From contig NC_090382.1 in assembly GCF_036365525.1 (NCBI RefSeq), positions 110,580,372-110,644,371 of the forward strand: a stretch of DNA of 64,000 nt, read 5' to 3'. Positions 13,652-24,754 of the stretch are shown one piece after another. The position numbers and the translations under genes are program-made. Position 1 is the first letter of the stretch. Each line of letters starts with the position of its first letter. Source of the stretch: Heterodontus francisci. Taxonomy: Eukaryota. Under the pieces are notes generated by a model. It was not told the DNA's origin and did not search any database. It was given only the letters and a program-made list of their open reading frames with translations.

Positions 13652-13856
13652 AAACCACTCAGCAGGTCTGGCAGCATCTGTAGAAAGAGAAGCAGAGTTA
13701 ACGTTTCGGGTCAGTGACTCTTCTTCCAAAGAAGGGTCACCGACCTGAAACGTGAACTCTGCTTCTCTTGCCACAGATACTGCCAGACCTGCTGAGTGGT
13801 TTCAGTTTTTCTTGTTTTTATTTCAGATTTCCAGCATCCGCAGTATTTTGCTTTTA
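13652..13856. mobile_element. Penelope pLTR insertion with inverted 5' part
   Basis: ~80-bp inverted arms 13646-13725 and 13729-13808; 14-bp TSD ttcctgataaactg at 13638-13651 and 13857-13870. Confidence 0.85.
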
Positions 13857-14497
13857 TTCCTGATAAACTGCACAGGTGTGCAGCATGTGGCTGCAGAGCA
13901 GCCTTGAAGGTACAGGGCAGACTTTGTTTCCAGGTAAATACCATGCATGCATGGGCTGCAGAAAAAAAATTAAAGGGGCCGAGCATTGAAAAAACTGGTC
14001 AAGCACAACAATTAAATTTTAAAGGGCACATTTTTGGCCAACAGTTTAGTGGGAAGGGGCAGGAGGCCGATCTCATGGACAAGATGAGCTTGGAGAGGGC
14101 TTAAGGGGTGTTAGGGGAGAAACGAGAGAAAAATGCAAGTTCAGAACTAGGGCAGGAGGGAACCTTAGGGGAAGTTTGGTTCAACTGGCTAGGTTTAGAG
14201 AGTGAAGCAGGAGAGAAAGATAGGTTAAGACAGAAACAGTAGCAAAAACTAAGTAATTTGTAATTAGTTATAGATTTTCCATGCTTTGTGCCCTACCTCT
14301 GCTATTCTGTTGTAACCATTTACACTTCCTTTGTTTCATTACTTGTTTCATTATCACCTCATTTTGCATTGCACCATTCCTTTGTCATTTAATCACTCCT
14401 GGCCTCTATTTTATCATTGACTGCTCCCTTTTACTGTTTACCTTGTTCCTTTTCCTCAACTCTGCACCTGATTAAAACCTGATTTTCTCCATCATCT

Positions 14498-15050
14498 GAG
14501 GTTGTTCTTCTCAGAGAAGAGAAGGTTGAGAGGCGATTTGATAGAGGTCTTCAAAGTCATGGGGTGTCTAAACAGAACAGATAAAGAAAAACTGTTCAAA
14601 TTGGCAGAAGGGTCGAGAACCAGAGGGTGCTGGTTGAAGATAATTGGCAAAAGTACCAAGCAACAGGAAGAAAAACTTTTTTATGCTGTGAGTGGTTCGG
14701 ATCTGCAATGCACTGCCTGAGAGTGTGGTGGAGGCAGATTCAATTAAAGCTTTCAAAATGGAATTGGATAAGCACCTATGAAGAAAATAAACTTGCAGGG
14801 CTGGGGGAAAGGGCATGGGAGTGGGACTAGCTAAATTGCTTTTGCAGAGAGCCAGTGGGTCAAATGACCTCCTTTTGTGTTGTAACCATTCTACGTTAAA
14901 AGCAAAATACTGCAGATGCTGAAAATCTGAATTAACAATGGAAAGTGCTGGAAATACACAGCAGGTCAGATGGCATCTGTGGAGAGAGAGGCGGAATTAA
15001 CATTTCAGGTCTGTGACCTTTCATCAGAACTTTATGATTCTATGATTCTA
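14498..15050 (+). mobile_element. CR1 3' fragment whose (ATTCTAT)n tail holds a minus-strand Penelope pLTR fragment (14897-15031)
   Basis: ORF 14502..14720 EKRRLRGDLIEVFK; the tail resumes after the insert. Confidence 0.8.
14995..15031 (-). ncRNA. Minimal type I hammerhead ribozyme motif (Penelope-borne)
   Basis: Minus strand AGUU-CUGAUGA-a-AGGUC-aca-GACCU-GAAA-ug-UU-AAUU: intact core, 5-bp stem II, 4-bp stem I. Confidence 0.65.
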
Positions 15051-15063
15051 TTTTCCAGTTCTG

Positions 15064-16964
15064 AAGGAACTTAAGCAAGGAGTTAGGAGGGCTAAAAGGG
15101 GTCATGAAAAGTCATTGGCAAACAGGGTTAAGCAAAATCCCAAGGCTTTTTATACATATATAAAGAGCAAGAGGGTAACCAGGGAAAGGGTTGGCCCACT
15201 CAAGGACAGAGCTGGGAATCTATGTGTGGAGCCAGAGGAAATGGGCGAGGTGCTAAATGAGTACTTTGCATCAGTATTCACCAAAGAGAAGGACTTGGTG
15301 GATGATGAGCCTAGGGAAGGGAGTGCAGATAGTCTCAGTCATCTCATTATCAAAAAGGAGGTGGTGTTGGGTGTCTTGCAAAGCATTAAGGTAGATATGT
15401 CCCCAGGGCCTGAAGGGATCTACCCTAGAATACTGAGGGAGGCAAGGGAAGAAATTGCTGGGGCCTTGACAGAAATCTTTGCATCCTCATTGGCTACAGG
15501 TGAGGTCCAGAGGTCTGGAGAATAGCTAATGTTGTTCCTTTGTTTAAGAAGGGTAGCAAGGATAATCCAGGAAATTATAGGCCGGTGAGCCTTACATCAG
15601 TGGTAGGGAAACTATTAGAGAGGATTATTTGGGACAGGATTTACTCCCATTTGGAAACAAACGAACTTATTAGTGAGAGGCAGCATGGTTTTGTGAAGGG
15701 GAGGTTGTGTCTTACTAATTTGATTGAGTTTTTTGAGGAAGTGACGAAGATGATTGATGAAGGAAGGACAGTGGATGTTGTCTATATGGACTTCAGTAAT
15801 GCCTTTGGCAAGGTCCCGCATGGCAGACTGGTACAAAAGGTGAAGTCACATGGGATCAGAGATGAGCTGGCAAGATGGATACAGAACTGGCTCGGTCATA
15901 GAAGACAGAGGGTATCAGTGGATGGGTGTTTTTCTGAATGGAGGGATGTGACTAGTGGTGTTCCGCAGGGATCAGTGCTGGGACCTTTGCTGTTTGTAGT
16001 ATATATAAATGATTTGGAGGAAAATGTAGCTGGTCTGATTAGTAAGTTTGCGGACGACACAAAGGTTGGTGGAGTTGCGGATAATGATGAGGATTGTCAG
16101 AGGATACAGCAGGATATAGATCGGTTGGGGACTTGGGCGGAGAAATGGCAGGTGAAGTTTAATCCGGACAAATGTGAGGTAATGCATTTTGGAAGGTCTA
16201 ATGCAGGTGGGAGGTATACAGTAAATGGTAGAACCCTTAGGAGTATTGACAGGCAGAGAGATCTGGGCGTACAGGTCCACAGATCACTGAAAGTGGCAAC
16301 GCAGGTGGATAAGGTAGTCAAGAAGGCATACGGCATGCTTGCCTTCATCGGTCGGGGCATAGAGTATAAAAATTGGCAAGTCATGCTGCAGCTGTACAGA
16401 ACCTTAGTTAGGCCACACTTAGAATATTGCATGCAATTCTGGTCGCCACATTACCAGAAGGACGTGGAGGCTTTGGAGAGGGTACAGAGGAGGTTTACCA
16501 GGATGTTGCCTGGTCTGGAGGGCATTAGCTATGAGGAGAGGTTGGAAAAACTCAGATTGTTTTCACTGGAACGACGGAGGTGGAGGGGCGACATGATAGA
16601 GGTTTACAAAGTTATGAGTGGCATGGACAGAGTGGATAGTCAGAAGTTTTTTGCCAGGGTGGAAGAGTCAGTTACTAGGGGACATAGGTTTAAGGTGAGA
16701 GGGGCAAAGTTTAGAGGGGATGTGCGAGGCAAGTTCTTTACACAGAGGGTGGTGAGTGCCTGGAACCTGTTGCCGGGGGAGGTGGTGGAAGCAGGTACCA
16801 TAGAGACGTTTAAAAGGCATCTTGACAAATACATGAGTAGGATGGGAATAGAGGAATACGGACCCCGGAAGTGCAGAAGGTTTTAGTTTAGGCAGGCATC
16901 AAGATCGGCGCAGGCTTGGAGGGCCGAATGGCCTGTTCCTGTGCTGTACTGTTCTTTGTTCTAT
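15064..16964 (+). mobile_element. Young CR1 (HER1-like) LINE, 5'-truncated, with a long open RT frame
   Basis: ORFs 15115..15525 and 15540..16886 (448 aa; YRPVSLTS, QHGF, SGVPQGSVLGP, FADDTK); (TTCTTTG) tail. Confidence 0.95.
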
Positions 16965-19112
16965 GTTAAATCTGCTGCCCCTTATCCTAAAACTATGACC
17001 TCTTGTTCTAGATTGCCCCACCAGAGGAAACATCCTCTCTATGTCTACTTTGTCAATCCCCTTAATCATCTTATATACCTCAATTAGATCCCCTCTCATT
17101 TTTCTAAACTCTAGAGAGTAGAGACCTAAACTGCTCAATCTCCCTTCATAAGACAACCCCTCATCCCTGGAATCAATCTCGTGAACCTCCTCTGAACTGC
17201 CTCCCATGCAACTACATCCCTCCTCAAGTAAGGGGACCAAAACTGTATGCAATATTCCAGGTGCGATCTCACTAGTGCCTTGTACAGTTGCAGCAACACT
17301 TCCCTACTTTTATACTCTATTCCTTTAGCAATAAATGCCTAAATTCCATTTGCCTTCCTTATTACTTGATGCACCTGCATACTAGTTTTCTGTGATTCAT
17401 GCACAAGGACACCCAGATCCCTCTGCACATAAGCACTCTGAAGTTTCTCCCCATTTAGATAATAATTTGTCTTTCTATTCTTCCAACCAAAATGGATAAC
17501 CTCACACTTATCCACGTTAAACTCCATCTGCCAAATTTTGGTTCATTCACCTAACCTATCGATATCCATTTGTAAATTTCTTATTTTTTTGTTGCAACTT
17601 ACTATCCCACCTATTTTAGTGTCATCTGTAAATTTGGCTTTCGTACCTTTTACCCCTGCATCCAAGTCATTAATATAGACTGCAAATAGTTGGGGCCCGA
17701 GGACTGAACCCTGTGGCACTACACTAATTACATCTTGCCAACCAGAAAAGGATCCATTTATCCCGACTTTCTGTTTTTTGTTGGTTTGCCAATCCTCTAT
17801 CCTAACCAATAAATTGCCCCTAACCCCATGTGATCTTACCTTGTGTATTAACCTTTTGTGAGGCACCATATCAAATGCCTTCAGGAAGTCCAGATATACT
17901 CCATATACAGGATCTCCATTATCCACTTTACTTGTTACATCTTTGAAGAATTCTAGGAAATTAGTCAAACACAATTTACTCTTCATAAAACCATGCTGAC
18001 TCTGATGGATTGCATTTTGACTTTCTAAATATCCTGTTATTACGTCCTTTATAATGGATTCTAACAATTTCCCAATGACAGATGTTAAACTAACTGGTCT
18101 ATAGTTTCCTACTTTCTGACTCCCTCCCATTTTGAATAACGGCATTACATTAGCATTTTTCCAATCAACTGGAACCTTCCCCGCATCCAGGGAATTTTGG
18201 AATATTATAACCAATGGATCCACCATCTCCACTGCCACTTCCTTTAAGACCCTAGGATGTAGGCCATCAGGCCCTGGAGACTTTTCTGACTTCAATCGAA
18301 ATAGTTTGAAAGAACAAAGAACAAAGAACAGTACAGCACAGGAACAGGCCATTCGGCCCTCCAAGCCTGTGTCGATTTTGATGCCTGCCTAAACTAAAAC
18401 CTTCAGCACTTCCGGGGACCGTTCCCCTCTATTCCCATCCTATTCATGTATTTGTCAAGATGCCTCTTAAACGTCACTATCGTACCTGCTTCCACCACCT
18501 GCCCCGGCAGCAAGTCCCAGGCACTCACCACCCTCTGTGTAAAAAACTTGCCTCGCACATCCCCTCTAAACTTTGCCCCTCGCACCTTCAACCTTTGTCC
18601 CCTAGTAACTAACTCTTCCACCCTGGGAAAAAGCTTCTGACTATCCACTCTGTCCATGCCACTCATAACTTTGTAAACCTCTATCATGTCGCCCCTCCAC
18701 CTCCGTCGTTCCAGTGAAAACAATCCGAGTTTATCCAACCTCTCCTCATAGCTAATGCCCTCCAGACCAGGCAGTATTTTTTTTGCTCAGTATTTTTTTT
18801 CCTCGTGATGATGATTGTGCTAAGTTCCTGCCATTCTATAACCTCTGCATTCTCTGTTACTATTGGGATGGTATTAATGTCCTCCACCATGAAAACTGAG
18901 GCAAAATACTGATTTAGTGTCTCCGCCATTTCTGTGTTCCCCACTATTAACTCCCCAGTCACATCCTCCAAGGGACCAACATTCACTTTAGCTAGTCTCT
19001 TCCCTTTTATATACTTATAAAAGCTTTTGCTATCCGTTTTTATATTTTGTACTAGTTTTCTTTCATAATTTACCTTTGCTCTTTTTATTACTTTTTTGTA
19101 ACCATTTGTTCA
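16965..19112 (-). mobile_element. Older CR1 LINE containing a nested young CR1 3' end
   Basis: ORFs 18684..18986, 17543..18364, 17339..17527 and 16899..17252. Confidence 0.9.
18309..18771 (-). mobile_element. Young CR1 3' fragment (same subfamily as 15064-16964)
   Basis: Reverse complement nearly identical to 16505-16962. Confidence 0.92.
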
Positions 19113-19454
19113 TCTTTGGGGTGTCCTGAGGTTGTGAACAACAAATGCAAGTCTTTTTTCTTCTTCTTTTGAATAGTTTTCTTCATCCACTTGATCAGGT
19201 ACATACCTCAGCCAACAAAAGTGTCCATTGACACTATTGTGTCAGCCATTGAGTTGTATTGTGTTAGGCAATGTGCTGGAGGGGGGGGGGGGGGGTGGTG
19301 GGGGGTAGGACTTAATGCAGGACATACAGCAAACTGTCTATTTACTCAGCAGTCTTTTAAAAAAATAGTCTCACAATGGAACTCATGACCAAAAACTACA
19401 GCAACATCTCCCAATAAAGGCAGAATGCAGTGAGTGGAAGATAGTTACATAATC

Positions 19455-21311
19455 CTAATATCTATTAATGACCTAGACCATGGTGTATACAGCACAATTT
19501 CAAAAATTGGGAATGATGGGTGTTATGACCAGGTAAGAAAGGTGACTAGGGTTTCCTCTCAGTCTTCACCTGGTAGTACCATAACAGGGTTTAACTTTAA
19601 ACACACCATGTTTTTAGCTCCCCCTTGATGAATCCTTGTTCACCACTTTCCAATTATAAGGCAAAGAAACCAGCACAAACAGGCTTTCTTAGGTTTAAAG
19701 AAGAAAAGTTGAAATTTATTAAACTTAAACTCTAATTTGGTTAATGCCTACAAATACATGACGCACCCACGCTAGCATGCACACTCAATACACATATGCA
19801 AATAGAGACAGAAAAGAGCTGAAGAAAAATAATGTGGAAAGGTTTGAGGCAATATCAGAAGACTTGTTGTTACAGCTCTTTGAGCTCACTGTAGAATCCT
19901 TGATTGTAGGTAAATCTTGCTTTTTGTTGGGGCCCAGTATTCTTCTTAAACCTGGTTTACTGTAGGAGACTTTTCTCTCCTGGGATTCATGTGGCTTCAG
20001 TGGATTCAGAGGCTTGTGAGAAAGAGAGGGGAGCAGACAGGAGAGATCTTCTCAGTCCAGGAGCAAACAGACACTCTCAGTTCAAACTGTTTGTACAAAT
20101 TCAAAAAACGCAGATTGCCCAACAGGTTAGTCATGTGACTAGCTGGTTTGACCATGCCCATTTGTGTATTTGGCCATTTTAGCAGTCAACCTGGAATGCG
20201 AGCTCCCCCCACCTTCAAAGTCTGGTGATCAAAAGTCCATTGTGGGTTGAATGCGTCAGGGAATGGCAGCTTTGTCCTTCCAAACACTGTTTGTTAATAT
20301 GCAAATATCTTCCCAGTCGTGGCTGATCTGTTTAACAAGTACTTTCTTCACTCCAGTAACAGTTTAAAATCAATGCTCATGACAAAATTAATGTGCCTCA
20401 TTCTTGGTAGGTGGAGTCCTAGCATGACAGTTTGAAACTTGGAACAATTGTAAACTGTGAGGAGGATAGTGTAGAGCTTCAAATGGATATAGACAAGTTG
20501 GTGGAATGGGCAGATAAGTGGCAGATGAAGTTCAATGTGGAGAAATGTGAAGTCATTTATTTAGGTTGGAACAACATGGAGTGACAATATAACATAAAGG
20601 GTACAACTCTAAAGAGGGTGCAAGAGAAGAGGGACCTGGATGTATATGTGCATAAGTCATTGAAGGTGGCAGGACAGGTTCAGAGAGCAGTTAATAAAGC
20701 ATACAGTATACTGCGCTTTATTAATATGGCCGTAGAATACAAGAGCAAGGAGGTTATGTTAAACTTGTGTAAGACACTAGTTTGGCCTCAGCTGCAATAT
20801 TGCATCCAGTTCTGGGTGCTGTACATTAGGAAGGATGTGAAGGCATTGGAGAAAGTACAGAAAAAATTCACGAGAATGGTTGCAGGGATGAGGAACTTCA
20901 GTTAAGAAGACAAATTGGTTAAGTTGGGGCTGTTTCCCTTGAAGAAGAGAAGGCTGAGAGGAGGGGGCTGGACAGAGTGTTTCGGTAAAAACTGTCCCCA
21001 CTCGTGAAAAGATCAAGGATGAGAGGGCACAGATTTAAAGTGATTGGCAAAAGAAGCAAAAACGACATGAGGAAAAACATTTTTTATGCAGTGAGTGGTT
21101 AGGATCCAGAATGCATTGCCTGAGAGTGTGGTGGAGGTTCAATCGAGACACTCAAAAGGGAATTAGACAGTTATCTGAAAATGAAGAATATGCAGGATTA
21201 TGGGGAGAAGGCAGGGGAATGACATTAGGTGAATTGCTCATTTGCAGAGACGGTGCAGATATGATGGGCCCAAAGGCCTCATTCTGCGCTGTAATAATTC
21301 TGTGATTCTGT
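19455..21311 (+). mobile_element. Degenerate CR1 3' part, interrupted by a solo LTR
   Basis: INDLD at ~19465; RT resumes at 20430; ORF 20618..20905. Confidence 0.8.
19521..20429 (-). mobile_element. Solo LTR
   Basis: TG...CA termini; reverse complement homologous along its length to the solo LTR at 61763-62995; TSD not preserved. Confidence 0.75.
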
Positions 21312-21591
21312 AACACAAATGACGTATGAAATCAATCCCAGTCTTTTCCAGGCGTGACTGACGGGGGGATTTCCGAATCATTTCTATTCTGGCCTGGAAT
21401 AGTACTGTCACTATATGCAGCCTTCTTCAGAAGGGTCCCTTGAGTAGAACTGGCGCAATCGTACACAAAAAGCCAATTTAAATGACTAGCATATATAAGA
21501 TGGGGAGAACGATAGGCAACTATGCAAGAATTCAAAGCTACTACCCACCTTGACAGAGAGTGAAGGGAAGGTTGAAATTTATGCCCAACAG

Positions 21592-21732
21592 AGTATCTGG
21601 TCAGTATCACATTGCTGTTCGTGCAAGCTTGCTGTGCACAAATTTACTGCCCAGTTTCCCTACATTACAACAGTGACAACACTTCACGAAGTACTTCATT
21701 GGCAAAAAGCGCTTTGGGACGTTCCGAGGTTC
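21592..21732 (+). mobile_element. Deu-SINE 3' fragment
   Basis: tatctggtcagtatcacattgctgttcgtgcaagcttgctgtgcacaaatt...aagcgctttgggacg. Confidence 0.7.
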
Positions 21733-21859
21733 TATTTTTTAACCTTGTTTTTTTGTTTTTACAATATATTTGGAAACTTGCAATTGGTAAGGTACTGATT
21801 CTCCTCACAGCTAATTATATACTGGCATCAAAAATGCTGGTGTAGTTATGAAAGGGTTA

Positions 21860-22231
21860 ATTTAGTTCTGCCGGAGTCCTCCAATGAGGTGGTGAAGTGG
21901 AGCGAGAGATCGGTTACATCAAACTGCACTCCCGCCTTTCCACCGGATACAGCGAAAATTCAGAAACAGCACTCGGCTGAGTGTGGATTAAGCAACGTCA
22001 AGAAGCAGAGTCTAAGAAATCGGAGCGTTGGCTGCTATGGGGAGACTCTTTTGTGTCAGCATGTCTGCAGGTTTTCACACTGAAACCGAAGAATCAATGT
22101 GCGTCTTTACGCATATCGCTTGTTAACTCTCCACTGAAACAATGCCCAGTTATTCATTTTCGTATGCCTTCTAATGCTGAATGTAAGGAGAACTTGTAAA
22201 GCTGGGATTCGTGCAAGGTATTACAGTGGAA
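21860..22231 (+). promoter_or_regulatory. Putative promoter/5' UTR of the protocadherin exon
   Basis: Non-repeat, CpG-retaining DNA directly upstream of the ATG; CCAAT at ~21881; TSS not determinable. Confidence 0.45.
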
Positions 22232-24754
22232 ATGGCCAGTTCTCAAAAAAGTACCTACTTAAAATGGCAAGTGATTACCCTTATTATATCGACTTGTGTT
22301 TGGGATCTTATCACTGGGCAGATTCGGTACTCGATTCCAGAAGAATTGAAGCACGGGGCGTTTGTTGGGAATATTGCCGATGATTTGGGATTGGATGTCC
22401 GAGAACTGTCTGCTCGCAGGTTTCACATCGTCCCTGGACCCAACACGCAGTATCTGGAGGTGAATCTGGAGAATGGGGTTTTGTTTGTGAATGAGAAAAT
22501 GGACAGGGAGCAGCTGTGTGATCTTAGCTCCACCTGCTTTCTGCATTTAGAGATTGTAATTGAAAACCCACTCGAACTGTACCGAGTGGAAGTGGAGATA
22601 TTGGATGTGAATGACAATTCGCCCGGTTTCCCTTGGCGCGAATTCCGTTTGGAGATCGCCGAGTCGGTGGCTCTTGGGGCGCGTTTCCCACTTGAGAACG
22701 CGCATGATCCAGATGTGGGCACCAATTCTCTGCAAACCTATCGGCTCAGTCCCAATCAGTACTTCACCCTGGAGGTTCAGACTCGCAGCGAACGCAATAA
22801 GTTCCCCGTTCTGGTGCTGGAGAGGCCCCTGGACCGGGAGAATCAAGCGATTCATCAGCTCGTCCTCACTGCCCTGGACGGCGGGGTCCCGGAGAGATCC
22901 GGCACCGCTCTGGTAATCGTTACGGTCCTTGACGTTAACGACAACGCTCCGGTCTTCGATCAGGCGGTGTATACTGTCTGCCTTGTGGAAAACGCTCCCA
23001 GAAATACTTTGGTGATAAAACTTAACGCCACCGATTTGGACCAAGGCTCGTATGGAGAGGTGACTTATTCCTTCAGCAACCATGCACCAGCCAGACTGCG
23101 CCAGCTGTTCCGCGTAGAACCCCAAACTGGCGAGATTCGGGTCAAAGGGGTGGTGGATTATGAAGAAGCAAGTGTTTATGAGATTTATGTACAGGCTAAG
23201 GATAGGGGTCTTTATACGGCGGCGGTTCATTGCACGGTGGTCGTGGAAATCATTGATGTCAACGATAATGCGCCCGAGGTGGTACTAACTTCAGTGTCCA
23301 GTCCCGTTCGCGAGGACGCTTTATCAGGGACTGTGATCGCTCTGATCAGTGTAACGGACCGGGATTCTGGGGAAAACGGACAAACCACCTGTCACATCCC
23401 CACTCATCTCCCCTTCAAACTCCAGCCATCTTTCAAGAACTATTACACCCTGGTCACGACGGACCGGCTGGATCGTGAGAGTGTTCTGGAGTACAACGTT
23501 AGCCTAACTGTCACTGATTCAGGCTCCCCTCCCCTTTCCACCGTCAAAACCATCCCAGTGAAGGTTTCGGATGTAAACGACAACGCGCCGCGTTTTGCAC
23601 ATCCTTCCTATACGGTTTATTTGATGGAGAATAACGCGCCCGGGGCGTCCATCTGCTCCGTGTCCGCCTTGGACCCAGATATTGATCAGAATGCCTATGT
23701 ATCTTACTGCATCTTGGAAAGCAAGATCAGGGGTACCCCGATATCCACGTACGTCTCCATCAACTTAAACACAGGGAACCTGTACGCGCTGCGCTCTTTC
23801 GACTATGAGCAACTCAAGAATTTCCAGGTCTTGGTTCAGGCTCAGGACGCGGGGTTCCCATCGCTTCACAACAACGTTACGGTGAACGTGATTATTTTGG
23901 ATCAGAACGACAATGCCCCCGAAATCATGTCCCCATTGCCCCCGAATGGTTCGGCAGAGATGGTGCCTCGATCCGCTGATCCTGGCTATGTGGTGGCGAA
24001 GGTCAGGGCAGTCGATGCGGATTCGGGTCAGAACTCCCGGCTCTCTTACCAGCTCTTCCAAGCTACCGACCCAGCTCTGTTTAGCATGGCCCCCTTCACG
24101 GGGGAAATTAGGACCACCCGCCGCTTTGAAGACCACGATGCCCCGAAACAGAGGCTAGTGGTCCATGTCATGGACAACGGGAAGCCACCACTTTCCACCT
24201 CAGTCACCATTAATGTGTTCATAGTCGACAGTGTTCCGGAGATCTTTTCAGACTTAACCGAGAGGCCCCAGAACATTGAGCACTTCTCGGATTTCAATCT
24301 TTACTTAATCGTCTCTTTAGGCTCCGTCTCATTTGTGTTCCTTGTGGCCATTATCGCCCTGGTCTCCATCAAGTGTCACAAAGATAGACAGAGCACACTT
24401 GGCCACCGCTGCCCTCTCAGCACCTGTTGTTCCCGCGGCCACGGCAGCTGCTGTGTTCGCAAAAAGCATTCGGGAGACGTGCTGAATAATTCCCACACAA
24501 ACTTTCAGATGCCACCCAGTGTAAAAACCCCGCCGAGTTGCATGGAGGTCGGTGGCAGTGGCTCTCTCTCCCAAACCTACTGCTACAAGGTGTGTTTGAG
24601 TCCCGAATCGGCTAAAACCGACTTAATGTTCCTCAAACCGTACAGTTCATCTACAGCCGCTGCGAATAACGCAAAGCCTGCTAACCCATACGTGACTGCC
24701 TGGAGAAGACAGGCAGACATTGGGGCAAATATTGGAACCAACGGATCCAGTGAG
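22232..24754 (+). CDS. Protocadherin large first (variable) exon, clustered/C-type-like with PCDH10-like tail motif; 841 codons, phase-0 donor
   Basis: Signal peptide then QIRYSIPEE..GAFVGNIA; six cadherin repeats (DRE/DYE, DxNDNxP, DxD motifs); EC1 C-X5-C; TM NLYLIVSLGSVSFVFLVAIIALVSI; tail YCYKVCLSPESAKTDLMFLKP; donor GAG|GTGAGT at 24754/24755. Unspliced frame stops at 24850. Confidence 0.95.

Larger units (their letters stand above)
11603..14205 (-). mobile_element. L2 LINE, degenerate, interrupted by RTE and Penelope insertions
   Basis: L2 3' end at ~11603; ORF 12913..13197 SGTPQESILSPLLFLIY..HIYTDNAKLYL; colinear with 44416-46500. Confidence 0.8.

Noticed and set aside
19281-19305. G-run with G-quadruplex potential
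   Set aside because: Simple homopolymer between repeats with no supporting context
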